From assembly GCA_963840735.1 (NCBI GenBank), contig CAWIZX010000015.1:31537-95536 (forward strand): DNA of 64,000 bases, in the 5' to 3' direction. Position 1 is the stretch's first letter, and each line of letters begins with the position of its first letter. Positions 41,586-51,004 of the stretch are shown piece by piece. Under the pieces are notes generated by a model, which saw only the letters and a program-made list of their open reading frames with translations, was not told where the DNA came from and did no database searches. Source of the stretch: Terriglobia bacterium (GTDB lineage Bacteria > Acidobacteriota > Terriglobia > Bryobacterales > Bryobacteraceae). The position numbers were made by a program, and so were the translations under genes.

Positions 41586-42709
41586 CCCTTCAGCAGCGAC
41601 CGATAGAACGCTCCCACCTGCTCCTCATATCTTGCATGGCTGAACTGCGAGCCCACTAACTCGCGGCCGCTGCGTCCCAGTCTGGCGGCAAACGCTTCGT
41701 CTCCCAATAATCGCGATAGATTAGCGGCCAACCGGGCGTGATCTTTCAGGCCATTCAGCAGCCCTGTTTTTTCCTGTATCACGACTTCGGGAACACCATC
41801 CACCGCAGTCGCCGCCACTGGCCTCCCGTCCGCCATCGCCTCCAGCAACACCAGCGGAAAGCCCTCGTAATGCGTGCTCAAAACGAAAATATCGAAAGCC
41901 GCCACCAGGCTCGGAACGTCGCTCCGGAATCCCGTGAAGACAAACCTGTCGGCAATTCCCAGGGATTCGAGCATGCTCCGTGTCTGGTCGTAGACCTCGC
42001 GGTGAATCGGCGCCTGGTAATCGCCCACCACAATAAAACACGCGTCGTGCTGCTTCACCACCTCAGCCGCCGCAAGCGCGAGAGTGGCGAAATCTTTCTG
42101 CGGAGCCAGACGCGCCACCGTACCTACCAGCTTCCGGTTCGCGGGAATGCCGAACTCCCGGCGCAGACCCGCCGCTATGTCCTGCCTGGCCTCCGGAGTC
42201 AGCTCCGGCTTTGGATCGACGCCATCGTAGAGCACCGTCGCGCGTGAATCCGGAATCTTCAGCCCGAACGTCTGCCGCGTGTGTTGCGAAACAAAAACGT
42301 AACGGCTGACGGGAAGCATAAAGCCGCGTTCGCGAGCCGTCACCGTATCGGCGCGATTACGAACGTGGCAGACCAGGCGGCGTCTCGCAAGCAACGCCGC
42401 CAGCGAAATGTTGTACGCCGCGAGCACATCCGCACCATGAATTACAGCCGGATTTTCCGCTGCGATCTTGCGCGCCAGTGCCCGGGAATTGCGCCAGTAC
42501 TTCGAAGGATGTCTGTAACTCGGCTCTTCCACCCCGTACCTGACCGTCCGGAACCCCTGCTCACCGAACAACTGCTCGACGGTTTCGTTCAGACAGAACA
42601 TCACGCTCGCGAAGCCATTTGTATCTGCGGCTTTTGCCAGCCGCAAAGTGGCGATTTCGGTTCCTCCGATTCCCGGGAAAGGGAGGATATGAGCAATGAC
42701 AGGCTTCAT
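41582..42709 (-). CDS. Family-4 (GT-B) glycosyltransferase
   Basis: EGFPLVLLEAMADGRPVAATAVDGVPEVV (E-x7-E region). Intact 375 aa. Confidence 0.85.
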   Translation of the reverse strand: MKPVIAHILPFPGIGGTEIATLRLAKAADTNGFASVMFCLNETVEQLFGEQGFRTVRYGVEEPSYRHPSKYWRNSRALARKIAAENPAVIHGADVLAAYNISLAALLARRRLVCHVRNRADTVTARERGFMLPVSRYVFVSQHTRQTFGLKIPDSRATVLYDGVDPKPELTPEARQDIAAGLRREFGIPANRKLVGTVARLAPQKDFATLALAAAEVVKQHDACFIVVGDYQAPIHREVYDQTRSMLESLGIADRFVFTGFRSDVPSLVAAFDIFVLSTHYEGFPLVLLEAMADGRPVAATAVDGVPEVVIQEKTGLLNGLKDHARLAANLSRLLGDEAFAARLGRSGRELVGSQFSHARYEEQVGAFYRSLLKG

Positions 42710-43911
42710 GAAACGCGGGACAGTTCTGTTCCACCGCTTGTCCGGCTCGCCGAGAATACGGTCTCGTAACGATCCAGCACCTTGTCCGTCGAATAATTCT
42801 CAACCACGCGCTTTCTTGCTTCCGCGCCCATACGGCGCCGCCCTTCAGGATCGTTCCGCAGCTTCAGAAAAGCCTGTCCGATCGCGTTCTCATCGTTCCA
42901 CTCCGCCGTTAGCCCGTGAACGCCGTCGTCCACAAGTTGAAGGTTCGCGGGGATGGCGCTCACAACGGACGGGAGCCCCGCGCCCATCGCTTCGAGCAGT
43001 GAACACGGAAACCCTTCGCTCGGTGACGTGAGGGCGAAAACATCGGCGGCGCGGAACCAGAAAGGGACCTCGTCGATTGGCGCGCGCCCGGTCAGCCGAA
43101 TGCGTTCGAGCGATGGATCGAGGCTGCGCGCAAGAGCTTCCACTTCCGGCCTCATAGGGCCGTCCCCCACCAGAAGCAGAAGCATATCGGGCGCCTGCTT
43201 CATTGCCAGCGCGAACCCTTTCAGCAGCCCTGGCAGCCCTTTCTCCACCGAGAGGCGACCTACATACACGACGACGAACGCCTCCACTGGAATTCCATGT
43301 TTCTGACGCCAGTCTTCGGCTTCTCCGGGCCTCGCCGGCCGGAATTGTTCTATGTCCAGCGGATTCGGCATCCAAACCAACTGAGCCTGGGAAAGTCCGT
43401 CCGCAATCGCTTCGTCCATCATGCCCTGATTGAGCAGCATGAGCGGGACCTTCCATTCCCGTATCCTGTCCAGTTCAAAGCATCCGGCGCGCGACCGGCG
43501 CATCAGCGGGATCACGCCGCTCCCCGCGATTTTCACAACCATCGGCTTGCGGAGGGCACGCGCCACGAGGATGCCCGCGGCTACATGCAGCCCGGCCATC
43601 AGGAAATAGATGACGTCGAATTCCTTACGCCTCCGCCAGATTGTCCAGGCCACCTGAATCGCGAAGCTCATGTCACGCCATCGGCCTTTCGACCTGCGCG
43701 TGAGAATCGTTACGGGCACACCTTCGGGGTCCGTCCATTTGCGAACCGCCGGCATGGGACCGCCTCCATTGCAGAGAACGTGAACGTGATGCCCTCGCCG
43801 AATCATGGCCGCGCTCACCCGCTGCGCTTCGATTTCAGACCCGCCCCAGACCGGTGGATATCCGTCGATAATCAACAGAACGGAGAGCCGCTTCGCTCCG
43901 CCACCCTTCAT
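42706..43911 (-). CDS. Family-4 (GT-B) glycosyltransferase
   Basis: PSEGFPCSLLEAMGAGLPSVVSAIPANLQLVDDGVHGL. 4-nt overlaps with both neighbouring genes. Confidence 0.85.
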   Translation of the reverse strand: MKGGGAKRLSVLLIIDGYPPVWGGSEIEAQRVSAAMIRRGHHVHVLCNGGGPMPAVRKWTDPEGVPVTILTRRSKGRWRDMSFAIQVAWTIWRRRKEFDVIYFLMAGLHVAAGILVARALRKPMVVKIAGSGVIPLMRRSRAGCFELDRIREWKVPLMLLNQGMMDEAIADGLSQAQLVWMPNPLDIEQFRPARPGEAEDWRQKHGIPVEAFVVVYVGRLSVEKGLPGLLKGFALAMKQAPDMLLLLVGDGPMRPEVEALARSLDPSLERIRLTGRAPIDEVPFWFRAADVFALTSPSEGFPCSLLEAMGAGLPSVVSAIPANLQLVDDGVHGLTAEWNDENAIGQAFLKLRNDPEGRRRMGAEARKRVVENYSTDKVLDRYETVFSASRTSGGTELSRVS

Positions 43912-44828
43912 GCCGCTACCGGTGCCCCGAGAGCGAGATCCTCGATTTCCGACCCGCTCCCGACGCGCTCCAGAACCGTCCAGCCGCTATCGGAGCGGCG
44001 GAAGATCGTCGCGTGATTGGTGAAATCGTCTTCCGTTGTGCGGCCGACAATCCAGATTCCGCCCGGCGCCAAACTGTCGAACACCGCCGCAGCCGCTTCG
44101 CTCAACTGAGCGCGGCTGAAGTATGAGAGGTTCAGGATATTCATTGTGCGCAACACGTCGCAGGCGCCCGGCGTCCGGTCGAACACCGAGCGGACCCGGA
44201 AGTAGAATCCCGGGTGAGTCTTCGAAAACCGGACGGCCTCGGGATGGATGCAGGAGATTGGACGCACGGGACAGTCGGGTGGCAACTTCGCAAAGCGCTG
44301 CCGCGCTCTTGACGCGACCCAGCGAAGAAACGGATTCCGCCACGATTCCGGAGCATCGAGCGAGACCACAAATGGCGGACCGATGTACTGCAGCGGCGGG
44401 CCGCCGGGTTCGCGGATGAAGGCTTCCCCGCCGGGCGATGTCAGTTCCTGCAATTCCAGCAGGCGGTCGGAGGCTTCGAAATCCGCCTCCGGATACACAG
44501 TGAACAAACCTTGCGCCCATTCGAATGACGTCAGGCCGCTCGAAACCGCCCGATCCTGAACACGAAGCCGGCCACCATTGGGAAACGCACTCCGGATACA
44601 TGCCTCCGCTACGCGATTCACGTCGTCGAATCGATTGCGAAACGTAGTGCGAAAGGTACCGTTCGACGTGCGGAGCGTCACGCAAATATCTTCGAAAACG
44701 CGAACTTCCTCGGGACTCGGATCGTCGCCGGTCCGAAGCAGGTTATAGGCGACACGAGCGCCTGAAAACCGACGCTGGGCACCCAGCTTCAGATATTGCT
44801 CTTTGGTGTGAATTCCCAGAGTCAGCAT
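43908..44828 (-). CDS. Hypothetical protein, possibly a divergent SAM-methyltransferase-fold protein
   Basis: Intact 306-aa ORF translationally coupled to the GT4 genes. Weak motif-I-like VQDRAVSSG and a motif DVLRTMNILNLSYF...LAPGGIWIVG. Confidence 0.35.
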   Translation of the reverse strand: MLTLGIHTKEQYLKLGAQRRFSGARVAYNLLRTGDDPSPEEVRVFEDICVTLRTSNGTFRTTFRNRFDDVNRVAEACIRSAFPNGGRLRVQDRAVSSGLTSFEWAQGLFTVYPEADFEASDRLLELQELTSPGGEAFIREPGGPPLQYIGPPFVVSLDAPESWRNPFLRWVASRARQRFAKLPPDCPVRPISCIHPEAVRFSKTHPGFYFRVRSVFDRTPGACDVLRTMNILNLSYFSRAQLSEAAAAVFDSLAPGGIWIVGRTTEDDFTNHATIFRRSDSGWTVLERVGSGSEIEDLALGAPVAA

Positions 44829-44893
44829 CCCGTTCGATTCAGTTTAACGTCAGGGCCAACAGCTTTGCCGCATGTTCTATTCTGAGAGTTCAG

Positions 44894-46138
44894 ATGCCCT
44901 CTGTCGCGCCGCGCGCCCAATCCGAACTGCCGCCCGTAGTGGTTGCGGGGGGCTTTCACACAGCGGTCGTTTTGATGCGCAGCCTGGCGCGTCATGGGAT
45001 AGAAGTACATTGCATCGATTTCAACCCGAAGCAGCCAGTCTTTTCAACTGTATACGGCAAAGCGCATGTTTGCCCGAATGCGGACGATGAGCCCTCGGAG
45101 TGGGTGAAGTTTATGATCGGCCTGGCCCAAAAAATCGGCCGCCGGCCCGCGCTGATTGCGACCTCCGATCTCTATGTGACAGCGATGGCGGAACACGCGG
45201 ACGCCCTCGCGCCCTGCTTCTTTTTCCACAGGGCGTCAATGGCGGTACAGGGGTTGCTTGCGACGAAAAAGCGACAGTATGAAATTGCGGGGAATCTGGG
45301 CCTGACTGTGCCCTCGACGCGCTTCGTGCGATCGGTTGACGAAACCATGGCGTTTGCCGCGCAAGCGCGTTTTCCGGTCATCTTGAAGCCGCTTCACTTT
45401 CGCGAATGGAAGTTTATTGCTCGTAGCCATCCCCTTTTTGAAAAAAAGCTCATCGTCATCGATACCCCGCGGGAACTCGAAGCGCAATACCGCCTCGCTG
45501 CCGATATCAACCCGGAAATGGTGATTCAGGAGATGATTGAAGGGCCCGACACCGCCAAGCTCGTCTACCTCTCCTGTTACACCGCGGACAGCCGCAGGCT
45601 CGCAAGCTGCATGTTTCGCCAGGTTCGGACCGACCCGATTTATTTCGGTTCCGCAAGCCTGGTGGAACCCGTTTCCGACCCGGAAGCGGATGTCCTCTGC
45701 GATCGATTTCTGCAGAAGCTGAACTACGCCGGAATTTGCGAAATCGAGTTGAAGCGGGATTCCCGCGACGGTCGCATCAAGATGATCGAAGCCAATCCCA
45801 GGTATAGCGTAACCGCCGACGCGGCTGTGTATGCCGGGGTCGATTTGGGCTGGATTCACTACCTGGACCTGATCGGCCAACAGCCCGAACCGGTTTTCCC
45901 GAATGGCGCGTATTTCAGGCACATTGTCCTGTTTCGCGACATTGCCGCGTTCCGAAGCTACATTCGGGAAGGCCTCCTGACCTGGGGCGCCTTCTTCCGT
46001 TCCTACACGGGGCCTGTTCATTTCTTCGACTTCGACCCCAAAGATCCGCGGGTTGCAAGACAGACTGTGCTGCTCGCCCTTAAGCTGCTGGTCAGTCCCT
46101 TTGCGCGACGCATTCTGCGCCGGCCAAGCCGCCCCTAA
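44894..46138 (+). CDS. ATP-grasp carboxylate-amine ligase-like protein
   Basis: Pre-ATP-grasp plus ATP-grasp pattern: FPVILKPL, VIQEMIEG, ICEIELKRDSRDGRIKMIEANPRYS. Confidence 0.75.
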   Translation: MPSVAPRAQSELPPVVVAGGFHTAVVLMRSLARHGIEVHCIDFNPKQPVFSTVYGKAHVCPNADDEPSEWVKFMIGLAQKIGRRPALIATSDLYVTAMAEHADALAPCFFFHRASMAVQGLLATKKRQYEIAGNLGLTVPSTRFVRSVDETMAFAAQARFPVILKPLHFREWKFIARSHPLFEKKLIVIDTPRELEAQYRLAADINPEMVIQEMIEGPDTAKLVYLSCYTADSRRLASCMFRQVRTDPIYFGSASLVEPVSDPEADVLCDRFLQKLNYAGICEIELKRDSRDGRIKMIEANPRYSVTADAAVYAGVDLGWIHYLDLIGQQPEPVFPNGAYFRHIVLFRDIAAFRSYIREGLLTWGAFFRSYTGPVHFFDFDPKDPRVARQTVLLALKLLVSPFARRILRRPSRP

Positions 46139-46179
46139 AACACCATTTTTCCTGTTTGTTATTCTGAACGTCTCCGGAT

Positions 46180-47205
46180 ATGGCGCTCGCGAGGACGGCT
46201 AAAACCACGGCAACCGCTATTTGCAGCGCGCTCGGGGTAAACCGCGTTCTGCGCGCGAAGCTGAAGCGCCACCTGCTGGTGCTTTGCTATCACGGCGTGG
46301 TGCAGGAAAAGCGTTCGGACCGGTTCGGCTACGGCAACACTGTCAGCGCGGAAGAATTCCGCGGACATTTGGCGCTGCTGACGACTAACTTTCAGCCGGT
46401 TTCACTGGCTGACGTGATCGCGCATAAGTCTGCTTCGAAACCGTTGCCGCCCGGGGCGGCACTGGTAACTTTCGACGACGGATACAGGAACAATCTCACG
46501 CTCGCCGCGCCGCTGCTGCGCGCCGCCGGCGTACCCGCGGTTTTTTTCCTCACGACGGCTTACATCGGTACCCAAAGGGTCCTGTGGACTGACGACCTGG
46601 TCGGTCGGATCATCGGCTGGCGCGGCGATAAGCTGCCATTGTGGGACGGTACGGTCCGTCATTTGCCGCCGGACATCGCCGGCCGGCGCACGGAGGCGCG
46701 TTCGCTCAAGGACCGCTGCAAAGGACTACCCCAGAAACAGGTGAGCGCCTGGGTCGAAACGCTCCGGGCAGATAGTCCCGGGCCGGCGGAAAACGCGGAG
46801 CTTTACGGCTTCATGGACTGGAACGAGGTGCGCGAACTTCAGCGCCAGGGTTTCGATCTCGGCTCTCACACAGTGAACCACCCGATCCTGACGCGCATCG
46901 GGCCAGAACGGCTCGACCGGGAACTGGTCGAAAGCAAGCAAACCATCGAACGGGAACTGCGGTCGCCCTGCGTCTCCGTCGCTTATCCGAACGGTGGCGC
47001 CGCCGATGTTTCCAAAGAAGTGTTCGATGCGGCGCGGCGTGCCGGTTATTCGGTTGGCTTTACGGTCTCAGAGCGACACAGCCCACCGGGTGAAGATGCG
47101 CTGTCAGTCAGCCGCTTATGTATTCAGGGGCATCTGGACATTGCCGATTTTACGTGGCGAGTTGACGGGCTGCAACGGCTCGCAACCTTCGGCGCCGGCG
47201 CTTAA
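46180..47205 (+). CDS. Polysaccharide deacetylase (NodB/CE4) family protein
   Basis: VTFDDGYRNNLTLAAPLL...VPAVFFLTT...GSHTVNHPIL...VAYPNG. Confidence 0.85.
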   Translation: MALARTAKTTATAICSALGVNRVLRAKLKRHLLVLCYHGVVQEKRSDRFGYGNTVSAEEFRGHLALLTTNFQPVSLADVIAHKSASKPLPPGAALVTFDDGYRNNLTLAAPLLRAAGVPAVFFLTTAYIGTQRVLWTDDLVGRIIGWRGDKLPLWDGTVRHLPPDIAGRRTEARSLKDRCKGLPQKQVSAWVETLRADSPGPAENAELYGFMDWNEVRELQRQGFDLGSHTVNHPILTRIGPERLDRELVESKQTIERELRSPCVSVAYPNGGAADVSKEVFDAARRAGYSVGFTVSERHSPPGEDALSVSRLCIQGHLDIADFTWRVDGLQRLATFGAGA

Positions 47206-47247
47206 CCCGAGGGAGCCAGGCTGCACACCTGGCTCCCTCGGATTTTG

Positions 47248-50200
47248 CTAATTGGTGCTTTGCTTTCGAGTCGGCCTCGCCAGAAGAGCCGGTTCGGACT
47301 GTAAAACGGTTTGCCCGCCGGAAACATAGTTGACCCGGAACCAATGCGTTCCCTGCCGGTCGTCCACCTGGATGGCGCAAACGGGGTCGGACCCGCATTT
47401 ATATGTAGCCAACGCGCCCGAAGGAGAGGCAACCATGATCTCAGAGGAATCGGCGGTTCCCCGATTCACGCTGACGTACACCTTCCGAAGACTCTGAGGT
47501 GCGGTCCCGCCAAGCCGTGCCGCCGGCCATTGATGCGCCATCCCCATGCCGAAGAAAAAGCCGGTCCACTTCGGCCCCGCGAGAGAAGCGTTCGAAGTCA
47601 GATCGTTAACGTAGTTTGAATCTGAGTAAACTCCGCCGGTTGTAAAGGCCGGATTGCCCCAGATGGAGCCGTACACGGTATCGCCCCACTGCTTCGCGTC
47701 CGGGGTCGGATTCGACTGGTAGAAGACTGTGATCGCGCTTGCCGCCTCTGGTGTAAGCGCGCGGGCGGCGCTGATGCTTCCCGGCGCCTGGCCCTGATCG
47801 CATCCCGGCGTCCGGCTTGGAAAAATAATTCCTGGCGGCGGAACGGTCTGCGGCTCACATTCCTGGTAAACCCGCGCATAATGAAGCCCTTGCGTCGGGG
47901 GGTCGTAGCCGACGTCGTGAACCCACGTAGCAGCCTGACCGGCCAGCGTTGCGAACCCGGACGAAAGCGTCGGGTCGGCCACGGCGGAAGCCAGTTTCAG
48001 CTCGGTCGTTTTGATCCCGACCATGTAGGGCTGCTGGCCGTAGCCGGCCACCACTCCCTGCCATGCCCAGGCATTCGATTCCGACGGCCCGTCCCAGGGG
48101 CGATTCAGCGTCACCTGTGTCGGACTGTTCCACGTACAAGCCCACTCTTTCGCCAGTTGCGGATCGTCGTTGCTGGTCGCGATTGTCGTCCTCGCATCGT
48201 TGTTCTCGATCACATACGAGTAAGTTCCGGTGTCGCCGGGCCAAAGTGCTCCGAGCGTAGCGGTTCCATCCGTGTTGATCTCGTAATAAAGCGAAGACAG
48301 GTACGGAGCGCCGTTCAGTGTGGCGCTGACCACAATCTTGTTTCCGGGAACAAAGCTGCCCAATCCCGGAATTGCCTGGGCAGATCCGTTGACCAGGAAC
48401 ACCTGACCGGAAGAGACGCCGAAGCACATTCCCTGAGGCAGATTTGTGCCAGTGACCGTTGCGCTTCCGTTCGTCATGTTGAGCGGGCCGAATTGCTGGC
48501 CCCACAGGAACCCGTGAGCCCAGGAATTATCCGAACGCTTGCAGTTCATCTCCCGGTTGTAGAGCGCATTGAGCGAAGTGCTCCACTTCGCCTGCTGAGT
48601 CGGGTCAGGATCGAACACCGCTGCGAGTGCAAGAAACGACGACAGGTACGAGGAGTCGCGCGTGTCCATAACGTTGCAGCCCAGCGCTCCAATTGAACCC
48701 GATCGGGCCAGACCGCGCAGGTCTGCCCACTGAGTTGCCCCGGGGTGGCCGCTGTCCAGAATTGCGGAAGCGAACCCTCCGATTACGCCACCGCCGTAAA
48801 GCAACGGTATGCCCCCAACGTCGCCGCCCGCGACCACTGGCGATCGCACGTAGTAATCACCCATTGCGCGGGCCGCCTGCAGTGCAACGTTCCAGCCGGA
48901 GCGGTAATAGAGAGCCCGGTGCGCCAGATCCTCGCCGTAAAAGTTGACTCCGAAGGCGCTGGCATATCCTAAACCGTTCATGTAGCTGTACTGTTTCCCC
49001 GTCTGCGGACCGGGGTTGACGCTGCCAAGGTCGTGAAAGCCGTAGAGGTACATATCGGTCGCCGACTCGCAGCCGGCCGTGTAGCCGAAGGTTTGCGCGT
49101 CACTGCTATCGGTGCCGTTCCTCGTGTAGTGCAGAGTGGCAAAGAGACTTTCGGCGCTGATGAGGGCGTATGGGAACGTGCCCGGATCGGCGTCTACCGG
49201 GAAAGCCCGCGACATAGTTAAATGGCTGCTGTCATTCAGCACGGTCATGTACGCGTAAAACACGAATGGCGCCCCGCCATGTTTCGCGTTTACGCGGACA
49301 ATCACGTTATTCGCAGTGATTCCCGCAGCTGATGTCCAGTTTGTACCGCTGCCCGAAACACCTGCCGAACCCGGGCTGAGTGTAATCGATCCCGTGTTGT
49401 AGACCACCGGTCCAGCGGGTCCGGCACCGGCCGGACAGACGCGGAGCAGGAAGTTCGTTGCCGAACCTTTCACCCGCATCTGAAAAATGTTTGTCCCCGC
49501 GGCCCACGCCTGAGCACGTGTTTTGTACGAATCCCCCTGTGGATTCGCCTGCCCTCTGCCGTCATAGCAGACAGTCAGTACGGCGGGCCCGGTCTTGGCG
49601 GAAGTGCCGCAGATCCTCACGTCCTCGCGCTGCCCGTAATAAGGACCGATCAGGACACGGGTCGGCAAACTTGTCAGGTCGATGCCCGACGCGTCCGGAA
49701 CTGAGAACGACATTGCCTGCCCGTCGGGAATGGCCGCCGCGAGGCTTGCCACCCGCGGCCCGTTAAACCCCGAGAACTGATAGCTGACCGTGCCCCCGAG
49801 CGCGGTTTCCCACGACGGCGGATTCAGGTTCTGAGCTTTATAAGCTGCATAGCGCAGGTTCGTGGCCGCGAGCGCGCGCTCGTCCGCAAATCCCCACGGA
49901 TTGCGGCCAAACGCGATCATGGGCCCGAAAATCTTATCGACGTTAGGGTCTGAGTTGATCACGACACCGTTGTCATCCGTTGCAACTGCACCCACATCCA
50001 GCGTGGCCGTTGAGGTGTTCCCCGCCGCGTCGGTTACCTTAAGGCTGAACTCGTACGTGCCGAATACCAGGCCCGTAACGGTCGGAGTCGCAGATGTACG
50101 GTCGGCGAAGAGCAACTGACTCGGCCCGCTGACTTGCTGCCAGAAGTAGGTCACCGAAGGGCTGGCATCTGCCAGAGAGTAGCTGGCGGTGCCATCCAGT

Positions 50201-50980
50201 TGCGCCGGATAGCCCGCCCTCAGCGATACCCAGTTTGACCACGACGGAGCTCCCATGGTCTTAGGCAACGCAAAGGCAGTTCGGTTCGGTGTAGCCACAT
50301 ACGTGGCGCCGAACCCCCCAAGCTGATGGCCGTTGCCGCTGGAATCGCGCAGGTTACCGTCGAACTTAAGCTCGGTCCAGTCTCCCGTATCCGCAGTGAC
50401 CGGGGGCCTGCTTCCGGGCGGCAACACAGTGGTAAAAGTTCGCAGAAATCCGACGCTTCCGTTAACGCCCAGGCCGACATTTCCGCCTCCGCGCGCCCGG
50501 ATTGTAGTTCCGCGAGGTGCCAAAAGGAATGGTTTGGCTGTTGTACCCGGTACCATCGAAATTCCAAAGCTCGCAAACGGTTACACTGCGCGCAACATCG
50601 CGCTGAAAGCGCACCAGAACGTTATTTTTTCCCGTGGTCGTCACCACGCACGGCGCGCCTCCGTATCCAAGGTCCCAAAGGTCTGACAAATTGATCGATC
50701 CGTCTGGAAAGATTGAGGCTATTGCCCCGACGCCGCCATTCCAAAAGATCTTCTCGCCATAGTTATTCGCGGGCGCCGCCTTAAAGTCATGAAGTTGAAA
50801 CTCAATCCGCCAGGACTGACTCTGTCTAAGGGATGGCTCGTTAAAGGTAAAGGTAGGACCGTTTGTTGTCAGGACCAGGGACTGGCTCGCGGACAAACTG
50901 AGCGCAAACGACATCACGACGACGGCAGACCAGCCAACCCTCGAAATCCGCCGAGTGGCCGGGGAACGGTAGTATTGCAT
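47248..50980 (-). CDS. Very large secreted protein (about 1240 aa) with a LamG-like N-terminal domain, a PKD/Ig-like domain and a roughly 900-aa region of unknown function. One frame change at about 50490-50500.
   Basis: ORF 50462..50980 supplies the signal anchor and a jelly-roll-like domain (WRIEFQLHDF...VCELWNFDGTGYNSQ). ORF 47248..50556 continues from GGGNVGLGVNG, then a PKD-like segment (VTYFWQQVSGPSQLLFADRTSATPTVTGLVFGTYEFSLKVTDAAGNTSTATLDVGAV). Confidence 0.7.
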
Positions 50981-51004
50981 CTTTCGTTTCTCCTATTAGA
51001 ACAG

